Origin: Candidatus Bathyarchaeia archaeon
Lineage (GTDB): Archaea; Thermoproteota; Bathyarchaeia; Bathyarchaeales; Bathycorpusculaceae
Direction: 5' to 3'
DNA: 28,877 nt
NCBI GenBank assembly: GCA_037481775.1
Contig: JBBFKZ010000020.1
Coordinates: 1-28,877, forward strand
Shown piece by piece: positions 8,645 to 18,951 of this stretch. Both the position numbers and the translations under genes were made by a program. Position 1 is the first letter of the stretch, and each line of letters starts with the position of its first letter. Under the pieces are notes generated by a model. The model was given only the letters and a program-made list of their open reading frames with translations. It was not told the origin of the DNA and searched no databases.

Positions 8645-9256
8645 TCAGGGTAAATTTGCAAGGTAAGCCGAGATTCCGCCTAGTATGTACTGCACGGCCA
8701 TGGCAGCTATCAGCAGAGCCATAACCCGCGCTATAATTATAGCGCCTGTTTTGCCGAGAAAATTGTACACTCCGCTTATGTATCTCAGGATAACCCAGGT
8801 TATGAAGAGCACAACTAGGACAGATGCAATTGTTACCAGCGTCCCATAGGTTTGAAGATTAAGAATAGTAGTTGTTATAGCGCCCGGACCGACAAGCAGA
8901 GGCATAGCTATGGGCACAGCGCCTATACTCTCAGGAGATTCGCCAGCTTCATGCAGCGAACCAGAAATCAAAATTCTTATAGCGATAATCAGAAGGAGAA
9001 TGCCACCTGCAACCTCGAAACTGTATATCGAGATTCCGAAGATAAGAAAGATTTCTTGACCAGTAAAAGCAAAAACCAGAAGCAAAAGGATTCCGACGAG
9101 AGTGGCAGTGTTAAACACTTTTCTCCTTTCAGCCTCACTAAGCTTTTCAGTCAAGCCCATAAAAATAGGAACATTACCGAAAGGGTCTACAATAATAAAG
9201 AGCACAATTACTGCCTTAACCAGATTCACAGCAGCCTCAATAAGTGCTTCAGACAT
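8645..9256 (-). CDS. marC: MarC family integral membrane protein
   Basis: Motifs LFIIVDPFGNVPIF, FGISI.SF..AGGILL, VPIAMPLLVGPGAIT and RVMALLIAAMAVQ; about 6 TM helices. Confidence 0.9.
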   Translation of the reverse strand: MSEALIEAAVNLVKAVIVLFIIVDPFGNVPIFMGLTEKLSEAERRKVFNTATLVGILLLLVFAFTGQEIFLIFGISIYSFEVAGGILLLIIAIRILISGSLHEAGESPESIGAVPIAMPLLVGPGAITTTILNLQTYGTLVTIASVLVVLFITWVILRYISGVYNFLGKTGAIIIARVMALLIAAMAVQYILGGISAYLANLP

Positions 9257-9308
9257 TAATCATCCTAAGTGTATTTTGCGCAGCGATAATAAAAGCCTTA
9301 AGCAACCG

Positions 9309-9429
9309 CGCACACAACAAGCCCATCATATTTGGCGCATATTAGACATTCAATGCAGAAACCTATAGAGGGGCTATCAGCGCGCTTACCCTGCAACCTA
9401 AAAAACTCAACGCACACAACAAAAAGCCC
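9309..9429 (-). terminator. T/G-rich duplicated motif downstream of 23S rRNA, candidate tandem terminators
   Basis: Direct repeat CGCACACAACAA at 9309-9320 and 9411-9422, each followed by GCCC (directly, or after a short A run); the minus strand carries T5 and T6 runs. Confidence 0.35.
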
Positions 9430-9483
9430 CACGCCTTAAAAGCGGAAATAAGATCAACCACACAAAGGCCAAACAGACACAAT

Positions 9484-9515
9484 GTTTTCACGCAAATTTC
9501 GCGCAGACACCACCT

Positions 9516-9523
<8 letters not shown>
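9484..9523 (-). other. 3' arm of the 23S pre-rRNA processing stem (bulge-helix-bulge)
   Basis: RNA GUCGGGUC-A-GGUGGUGUCUG-CGCG-AAA-UUUG-C-GUGAAAAC is complementary to the 5' arm at 12551-12591. Confidence 0.85.
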
Positions 9524-12550
<3,027 letters not shown>

Positions 12551-12558
<8 letters not shown>

Positions 12559-12591
12559 GGTGGTGGTGTCCGCTTCGCGTTTGGTGAAAAC
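12551..12591 (-). other. 5' arm of the 23S pre-rRNA processing stem (bulge-helix-bulge)
   Basis: RNA GUUUUCAC-CAAA-CGCG-AAG-CGGACACCACC...GACCCGAC pairs with 9484-9523 to give a 3-nt bulge, 4-bp CGCG helix and 3-nt bulge. Confidence 0.85.
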
Positions 12592-12740
12592 CTTACGTTA
12601 CTGCGTCGTTTGGCCTATGCATGGTGTCATATGGGCAATTGCGCCCGTTCACCGCTTCACCCCTGCATCATCATCGATGCGGAGTTGCATCTTTTTCGAT
12701 GGAGCATCCTAATTGCTGGATTCTTTTAGAAGTGAGTTTC

Positions 12741-12780
12741 GCTAATATAAGTGTTGTGTCGTTTGTTATAAGGGTTTTTG
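12741..12780 (-). promoter_or_regulatory. Candidate rRNA promoter(s): purine-rich BRE plus TATA
   Basis: Minus strand AAAAACCC-TTATAA (about 12779-12766) and a second TTATAT (12750-12745), about 150-180 nt upstream of the processing stem. Confidence 0.5.
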
Positions 12781-12954
12781 TAGTAACTACGGCAGGCGTA
12801 TTCTGCATGCTTTACTGTATCTGCTGTTTTCTCGAGGTTGATAGTGGAAATTTTTGTTAAATAAATTACATTAAGTCCGCTACGATTATAAGAAGCACGG
12901 AATTTTAAGTGGCACACTTTTTTAATTTAAGGAACTATATTAATAGGGGTAAGA

Positions 12955-13659
12955 ATGGAGTTCTTTGTCGGCACCTCTGGCTGGTACTACCCATGGAACG
13001 AAAAGCGAAGCCTAGACTGGTATGTCTCGAATTCTTGTCTAAACGCTGTAGAATTGAACGCAAGTTTTTACCGTTTTCCCTTAAGCAGCAAGGTTAGAGC
13101 ATGGGCTAAAAAAGGCAAAGGCATAAGATGGGTAGTTAAGGTGAACCGCCTCATAACTCACACATTCAAATTCAGCGGCAAGGCGTTAAGCACTTGGCAA
13201 AAGTTCCGCGAACTTTTCGCGCCTCTTGACGAGTATATAGATTTTTATCTGTTTCAGCTTCCGCAAAGAATAACGCCTGAATCCGCACCTCTCATCGCGG
13301 AGTTTGCCGAAAAAACAGGTCTCCGAAAGCGCTTCGCGCTTGAAGTCAGAAACCGCGAATGGTTTGATGAAGCATGGGTTAGTTGGGCGTCTGAAGCTGG
13401 AATTACCTTGGTAAGCGTAGATTCCCCAGACTTTCCCCTCGAAGTATTCAACACAAATGGTTTAGTCTACCAGAGGATGCATGGAAGGACAGAATGGTAC
13501 GCTTACACCTACAGCGATGAAGAGTTGGAAGAGACTGCTAAGAAGATTGTGAAGGAAAAACCGGAAAAGGCTTACGTGTTCTTCAATAACGACGCGGCAA
13601 TGCTGGAAAACGCTAGAAAAATGTTTAATATCCTGAAGGGGAAGGTGTCATTATTATGA
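12955..13659 (+). CDS. DUF72 domain-containing protein (YecE family)
   Basis: Motifs VGTSGW.Y..W, VELNASFYR.P, LFQLP, ALEVRN.EW, VSVDSP, Y.RMHGR..WY.Y.YSDEEL and YVFFNND. Confidence 0.92.
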   Translation: MEFFVGTSGWYYPWNEKRSLDWYVSNSCLNAVELNASFYRFPLSSKVRAWAKKGKGIRWVVKVNRLITHTFKFSGKALSTWQKFRELFAPLDEYIDFYLFQLPQRITPESAPLIAEFAEKTGLRKRFALEVRNREWFDEAWVSWASEAGITLVSVDSPDFPLEVFNTNGLVYQRMHGRTEWYAYTYSDEELEETAKKIVKEKPEKAYVFFNNDAAMLENARKMFNILKGKVSLL

Positions 13660-13944
13660 CACTGGTTTTTTGCGACGCCTGTAGATGAGGAAAACGTGTC
13701 CTCTAACTTCTACCAACGTTGCACCAGTCTGTTCAGCCGCTTTCGCTGCAATAGCTTGAGCAGTTTCATGCTCTAAGGCGCTTTTCAGAATTCTTATTTT
13801 CAGCATTTTCTTCTTTTCTAACTGCTTCTCAATCTCATTTGAAAGCTGAGGTGTCAATCCTTCTTTGCCAATCCAAATAGTTGGGTTTTCGTCTTTTAAT
13901 TTATACTTGATGTGACGTTTCATTCGACTGGTTATCTGGCTCAA
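13654..13944 (-). CDS. yhbY: YhbY / CRM-domain RNA-binding protein
   Basis: PTIWIGKEGLT, MLKIRILK and VEVRGHVFLIYR; TTG start with SD AGGAG; overlaps rnp4 by 44 bp, the conserved archaeal gene pair. Confidence 0.9.
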   Translation of the reverse strand: MSQITSRMKRHIKYKLKDENPTIWIGKEGLTPQLSNEIEKQLEKKKMLKIRILKSALEHETAQAIAAKAAEQTGATLVEVRGHVFLIYRRRKKPVS

Positions 13945-14260
13945 ATTTCATTTTTCTCCTTTTTCTTAGCATGAATCGGGTCTTTCGACCGCAGTTTAGA
14001 CATGCTACTACTACATGAGGCTCTCTTTTTTGCTTTATGCGTACACGACAGTTTTCACCAGGTACAAGCAGCGTATTGCATTTTCTGCAAATCTGGCGCC
14101 TATAAGCTGTGGGTAAACGTATCTTTGCAGCCATAGCGATTTTTCTTGCAATGGCGATGTATCGCCTGGACAGTTGAGGGTTGCTTTTGTGTACGTTTTT
14201 AGCTTGTTGGAATAGTATCTGTATTCGCTGCCTAGCTATTTGCTTTACAGTGGACTTCAT
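13901..14260 (-). CDS. rnp4: Ribonuclease P protein component 4 (Rpp21/Rpr2)
   Basis: IARQRI..LF..A, RY...ARKIAM, and zinc ribbon CRKC..LL.PG...RVR...CLNCG...R. Confidence 0.93.
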   Translation of the reverse strand: MKSTVKQIARQRIQILFQQAKNVHKSNPQLSRRYIAIARKIAMAAKIRLPTAYRRQICRKCNTLLVPGENCRVRIKQKREPHVVVACLNCGRKTRFMLRKRRKMKFEPDNQSNETSHQV

Positions 14261-14443
14261 TGCCTAATGACCTTTGCATAATCAGCATTAGCCGATGCTA
14301 TAGGTGTAGTGTCCTATCTCATAACATTTTTGTTTTCGCTGGGAATAACTGAAGTGGGTAAACGGCAATTCAAAAAGTGATTTAACAACGAGATACTTTT
14401 TAATAATTACTCGCCGTCTTATTCAAGACTTAAGTGAAGGCGA

Positions 14444-15490
14444 TTGGGTCTTAACAAAAAGAATACGGTCAGAATTGGTGTTTCCCTCGTCATCGGCATC
14501 ATTCTGCTCATCATTTTGCTCTGGTGGAGCGGCATAGACAAAATTATAGAGCAGATAAGTTCAGCATCGCCACTATGGCTTACGGTATCCGCGGTTGTCA
14601 TTATACCCGCATACGTCTTGAAGGCGATACGCTGGAAGCTACTGCTGATTCCTGTTAAAAGAGGGATACAGGTCAGCAACACGTTTTGGTCTACAGCTCT
14701 TGGAGCTATGGTCAACACTTTAATTCCCATCAGGATAGGTGAATTCGCTAAAGCCTACGTGCTAGGCGAAAAAGAAAGAACTGGTTTTGCTCCGGCTTTC
14801 TCATCAATAATTGTGGAGCGCACCCTTGACCTTATAGGGCTCCTAACAATAGGTATAGTGACAATGCTGATGGTATCCACACAAACAAGCTTGGATCAGT
14901 TGGTGGCAAACATCTTCACCGCTGTGGCTCTGCTAATCGCAGCGATACTTACGGTTATAGTAGTAGGAACAAAAAAAGAGGACGCAATTATCAAAATAGT
15001 GATTCAGGTCGCATCGAAAATTCCTTTTGTTAAGAAATACGCTGCAAAAATCGCTGACTTCGCAAGTTCACTAATCAAGGGGCTGCAAGGACTAAGTCAA
15101 AACCCAAAAACGCTTATTATAAACTTATCATTAACTTGGGCTGCTTGGCTTGTGCATACATCAGCCATTTACTTCGCTTTTATGGCGTTCAATTATCCGA
15201 TTTCATTTGTGGCCTCAACACTTGGCGGAACACTCATGTCGCTTACACATATACTACCCGCAACACCAGGCTACGTGGGATCTTACGAAGCATTCTGGGT
15301 GCTAATTTTCACCATGCTCGGCGTAAAAGAAAGAGAGATGCTTATGGCCATCGGCCTAACAAGCCACATCGTAGGAGCGTTACCGGTTATTGCGGTGGGC
15401 TGTATAAGCGTTATTTGGCTCGGCGTCTCTTTTGAAGAAATTTTCTCATTCAAAAAATACAGCAGCATACAAAATTTTCGAAAGGAGTGA
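14444..15490 (+). CDS. Lysylphosphatidylglycerol synthase TM domain / flippase-like membrane protein (UPF0104, AglD2-like)
   Basis: RWKLLL, NTLIP.RIGE..KAY, IVERTLD and PATPGYVGSYE motifs; about 8 TM helices; convergent with a GT2 gene. TTG start uncertain. Confidence 0.85.
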   Translation: MGLNKKNTVRIGVSLVIGIILLIILLWWSGIDKIIEQISSASPLWLTVSAVVIIPAYVLKAIRWKLLLIPVKRGIQVSNTFWSTALGAMVNTLIPIRIGEFAKAYVLGEKERTGFAPAFSSIIVERTLDLIGLLTIGIVTMLMVSTQTSLDQLVANIFTAVALLIAAILTVIVVGTKKEDAIIKIVIQVASKIPFVKKYAAKIADFASSLIKGLQGLSQNPKTLIINLSLTWAAWLVHTSAIYFAFMAFNYPISFVASTLGGTLMSLTHILPATPGYVGSYEAFWVLIFTMLGVKEREMLMAIGLTSHIVGALPVIAVGCISVIWLGVSFEEIFSFKKYSSIQNFRKE

Positions 15491-15572
15491 TTCGGCGTGA
15501 AATGCGAACTTGGCGCTGCAACAAAAATAAAGGCAGAGAACCCGCTAAAATGATTATTATAGCTCAAGCTGT

Positions 15573-16349
15573 CTAAAGCTTTTTATCGCTATATTCTTTT
15601 TTAACAGCTCGGAGAGCACGAAATTCAGATAAAACAACCCTAGGCATCCTTCGCAGGCTATACACCTTGCTGTTTCCTGCGCGGGCACGGTAGGTAATCG
15701 GCACTTCAATTACGCTGTGATGCTTCAGAGACATGTGTGCAGTAAACTCAAGCCAAAAATTATACGGGGAATACCTAATTTCCTTAGCCACATCCTGTGC
15801 CAGAGTAACGCGCATAAGGCGCATAACGCTTGTAACATCCCTGCATTTAAGGGGAAACATCATTCGCTCCAGAAGCTGAAGACCTTTTGAAAGGAAACGG
15901 CGATATAGAGGCTCCCGTCTAACAACTCGGCAGCCCATAACAACATCAGGCGCATGGCGCTGCATAATCCGCCAGAGCCGGAAGAAGTCATTCGGCTCAT
16001 ATTGTCCGTCAGAATCAATGGCTACAATGAACTCGTAATCAGCGGGGCTTATGCTTAGGAAGGCTTCCCGCATAGCACGAGGATATCCCTTCTTTGCAGC
16101 AGCCATTCTAACATGAAGACGCGGGAACTTTTTTGTCAACTTTCTAAGAACTTCTTTGGTTCCGTCAGTACTGCCATCCTCAAAAACCCAAATGTCAACA
16201 TTAGCCATTTTACTGGCTACTTTCGCGTAAAGCTCTCTTATAGTGCCCTCAATCGTAGCTGCTTCGTTGTAGACGGGCATTATAAGGGCTACGCGCTCTT
16301 TATTAGAATGGGGATCCGCAGCTGAGTTATTAGCCATTTGCTTTTCCAT
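15573..16349 (-). CDS. Glycosyltransferase family 2 (dolichol-phosphate glycosyltransferase-like)
   Basis: MPVYNEA, EDGSTDGT, DxD motif IDSDGQY, and EVPITYRAR.G.SK. Start could also be ATG 16337. Confidence 0.9.
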   Translation of the reverse strand: MEKQMANNSAADPHSNKERVALIMPVYNEAATIEGTIRELYAKVASKMANVDIWVFEDGSTDGTKEVLRKLTKKFPRLHVRMAAAKKGYPRAMREAFLSISPADYEFIVAIDSDGQYEPNDFFRLWRIMQRHAPDVVMGCRVVRREPLYRRFLSKGLQLLERMMFPLKCRDVTSVMRLMRVTLAQDVAKEIRYSPYNFWLEFTAHMSLKHHSVIEVPITYRARAGNSKVYSLRRMPRVVLSEFRALRAVKKEYSDKKL

Positions 16350-16395
16350 TACTGTATCGAGATGTTTTAAATTTTTTTAGGGTACAGACCACAGC

Positions 16396-17445
16396 TCAGC
16401 GTTCGAAAAGCGCTTTTTCCAAATTCACCTTAACCGAGGCTACATCGTGATTTGTGAAATACCAGTCAATAGTTTTCTTAAAGCCTTCTTTGTAAGAGAT
16501 TTTAGGCGCCCAGCCCAATACGCTACGCGCCTTGGTCAGATCCGCAGCTCTCGAAGCGACGCCTTGAGGCTTGCTTAGATCATGAATAATCTGTTTAGGT
16601 CTCCAGTCTACTATGTCAAACACCAATTCAGCCGCTTGATTAAGCGTTAGGCGGTCGCTACGGCCCGCGTTTACTGCAGAGCCGTCTTCAATTTTTTCGG
16701 AAGCCAATATGAGGGCGTCCACTATGTCTTGGACGTAAGTGAAATTGCGATCCTGCTCGCCGGTGCCCCAGATAACATATGGATCCATTTTGATGAAAGC
16801 TTTGGCGATGAGAGCGATTATGGCATGGGTCTCGTTTTCTCTCGGGCCGTAAGCCGTGAATATACGCACCGACGCAGTTTTCATACCATACTCCCGGTGA
16901 TAAGCTCTCAAGGCCATTTCACCCATTAACTTGGCCCAGCCGTATTCCAAATCAGCAAGTGCCTTGTCCCGAACAAAAGGGTCAGCGTCATCTTCCTTAA
17001 GCAGATAGCTGGAACCCGACTGCTCTTGAAGATAAGCAGGATATACGCAGGCAGAGCTTGCAAAGCATACGCGGTCTACGCCGGCCTTACATGCTTCTTC
17101 GAAGACCAGCTGATCGAGAATCATGTTTGTGCAGCATTCAGCTGGGTGCGACGCGATGTAACCTCGGCCGCCGTGAAGCGCTGCAAGATGAAATATCACA
17201 TCGACGTCTTCAACCATGCGTTTTGTGAAGCTTTTATCTTTAAGATCGCCTCTGTAAACTGTTAATCTATCATATACCCATGTATCTGAGTGTTTCTGGG
17301 TTAAGGGATACTCCAGATTCGCTAGTTTTCCGCTGGAAAAGTCGTCTGCTACCCGGACTTCGGCACCATTAGCTAGCAATGTGTCAACCAGATGGCTTCC
17401 TATGAAAGAGGCGCCGCCTGTTACAAGCACTAGGTTACCTTTCAA
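16396..17445 (-). CDS. NAD-dependent nucleotide-sugar epimerase (extended SDR, GDP-mannose 3,5-epimerase-like)
   Basis: TGGASFIG Rossmann motif, HLAA.HGG.GYI, ASSACVYP, YGWAK (YxxxK), R.F..YGP and WGTGEQDRNFTYVQD. Confidence 0.88.
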   Translation of the reverse strand: MKGNLVLVTGGASFIGSHLVDTLLANGAEVRVADDFSSGKLANLEYPLTQKHSDTWVYDRLTVYRGDLKDKSFTKRMVEDVDVIFHLAALHGGRGYIASHPAECCTNMILDQLVFEEACKAGVDRVCFASSACVYPAYLQEQSGSSYLLKEDDADPFVRDKALADLEYGWAKLMGEMALRAYHREYGMKTASVRIFTAYGPRENETHAIIALIAKAFIKMDPYVIWGTGEQDRNFTYVQDIVDALILASEKIEDGSAVNAGRSDRLTLNQAAELVFDIVDWRPKQIIHDLSKPQGVASRAADLTKARSVLGWAPKISYKEGFKKTIDWYFTNHDVASVKVNLEKALFER

Positions 17446-17703
17446 TTTTTCATGCCTCGCAAACTTGGGCTTATTTTCGTATTTTTAAATGCTTATTTTA
17501 ATGTAGCCACAACAATTAAGCTTTTCACGTTCTTTAGCAATATTTGCACAAGCAACTTGATCGCTGCATCCAAAATGACTAGAGACTGCAAACTTTTGCG
17601 AAGTTTGTGTGCACACTTTTTCAAGTGTTCCTTTAGCGGAACAAAATGTTCCATGAGAAGAGTGAAATATGTTCTTGCTTAATCATGTAAATGGCGAAAC
17701 TGG

Positions 17704-18948
17704 GTGAGTAAGGGTCTTTTGCTGAAGACGTTGGCTCTATTGCTGATTTCCGCTTTAGCTAATGGACTAAACCTTACGGTTCCTGTTAAAGCGGATACCA
17801 TCGTTGTTCCAGATGATTACTTCACAATTCAGGAGGCAATAGCGCATGCCATGGAAGGCGACACAGTGTTTGTAAAGAAGGGAACTTACACAGTAGACGA
17901 GAACACGACAATTGTAATAGATAAGACTCTAAGTTTGATCGGCGAAGACCCTGCGTGCACTTTAATTCTTGGAGCAAACAGCGAGCGTTATGAAAATAAT
18001 ATCGCAATTAGGCTTGCAGCTCCGAACATAACGGTTTCAGGGTTCACCATAGCAAACTTTGTAGTGGCAATCGCAGTTGCTAACTATTATGCGGAGCCAT
18101 ACCCATCAGACTGTAGAATAATTAATAATAATATCGTGAATAATGCGGATGGAATTAGACCCCAAAGAAACCGTCTGTTCATATCAGAAAATAACATAAC
18201 CAAGAATAATGTGGGCATCTCAGGGTACAACACGGAAAACGTAATCATCACCCGAAACAGCATAATTGAAAACGGGTATGGCGTAAACATCGGTGAGTGC
18301 AGAAATATAACGATTACCGAAAACAAAATTTCCAACAACACGTACGGGTTAAACCTTGTTTATTATGGACCGTACTTAATTTGCAACAACACTATATCGA
18401 ATAATGCTTGTGGAATAAGATTTGCAGAAGCATGCAGCAACGCAACAGTCCAAGGCAACAACATTACACAGAATGCAGTGGGCATAGCGCTGTTGATTTT
18501 TCCAAACGCCGGAGACATAGTAACCAGCGGAGTTGGCAATGTTGTTTTTGGCAATCTGTTCATTAACAACACAAAGCAGGCAATACGGGAAAAGAGCTCA
18601 TACAATTATCCGCCTACAACGAGAATGGGCATAGATATTGTTTCATGGGATGACGGCACAATAGGTAACTACTGGGACGACTACGCAGGCATAGACGCGG
18701 ATAATGATGGAATAGGAGATACGGCGTATATTATAGACGAAGACAACAAAGATTATTACCCTCTTATGACACAGAATATTAAAGAGCCAGTTACCACTTC
18801 AACTTCGCCCACATCATCTCCTTCGCCAAGCGCGGGGCTTACTCCAGAGCAAGCTCCTGCAACGGTACTCATCGCCGTTGCAATTGCGGCAATTACCTTT
18901 GCAATAAGTGGGCTGGTTTACTTTAAGAAGCGCCAGAAGGGCCAATAG
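17704..18948 (+). CDS. Secreted right-handed parallel beta-helix (NosD/PbH1) surface protein
   Basis: Signal peptide, VPDDY.TIQEAI..A..GDTVFVKKGTY, Asn-rich I..N.I..N..GI repeats, GNYWDDY...D.DNDGIGDT.Y...DYYPL, Ser/Thr/Pro linker, C-terminal TM plus YFKKR. Confidence 0.88.
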   Translation: MSKGLLLKTLALLLISALANGLNLTVPVKADTIVVPDDYFTIQEAIAHAMEGDTVFVKKGTYTVDENTTIVIDKTLSLIGEDPACTLILGANSERYENNIAIRLAAPNITVSGFTIANFVVAIAVANYYAEPYPSDCRIINNNIVNNADGIRPQRNRLFISENNITKNNVGISGYNTENVIITRNSIIENGYGVNIGECRNITITENKISNNTYGLNLVYYGPYLICNNTISNNACGIRFAEACSNATVQGNNITQNAVGIALLIFPNAGDIVTSGVGNVVFGNLFINNTKQAIREKSSYNYPPTTRMGIDIVSWDDGTIGNYWDDYAGIDADNDGIGDTAYIIDEDNKDYYPLMTQNIKEPVTTSTSPTSSPSPSAGLTPEQAPATVLIAVAIAAITFAISGLVYFKKRQKGQ

Positions 18949-18951
18949 GCT

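Noticed and set aside
9257-9480. 5S rRNA or tRNA downstream of 23S
   Set aside because: No 5S conserved motifs and no cloverleaf or T-loop GTTCRAATC pattern visible.
17452-17682. 76-aa plus-strand ORF in the divergent intergenic region
   Set aside because: No recognisable motif or SD, and it occupies the AT-rich promoter space of two divergent genes.
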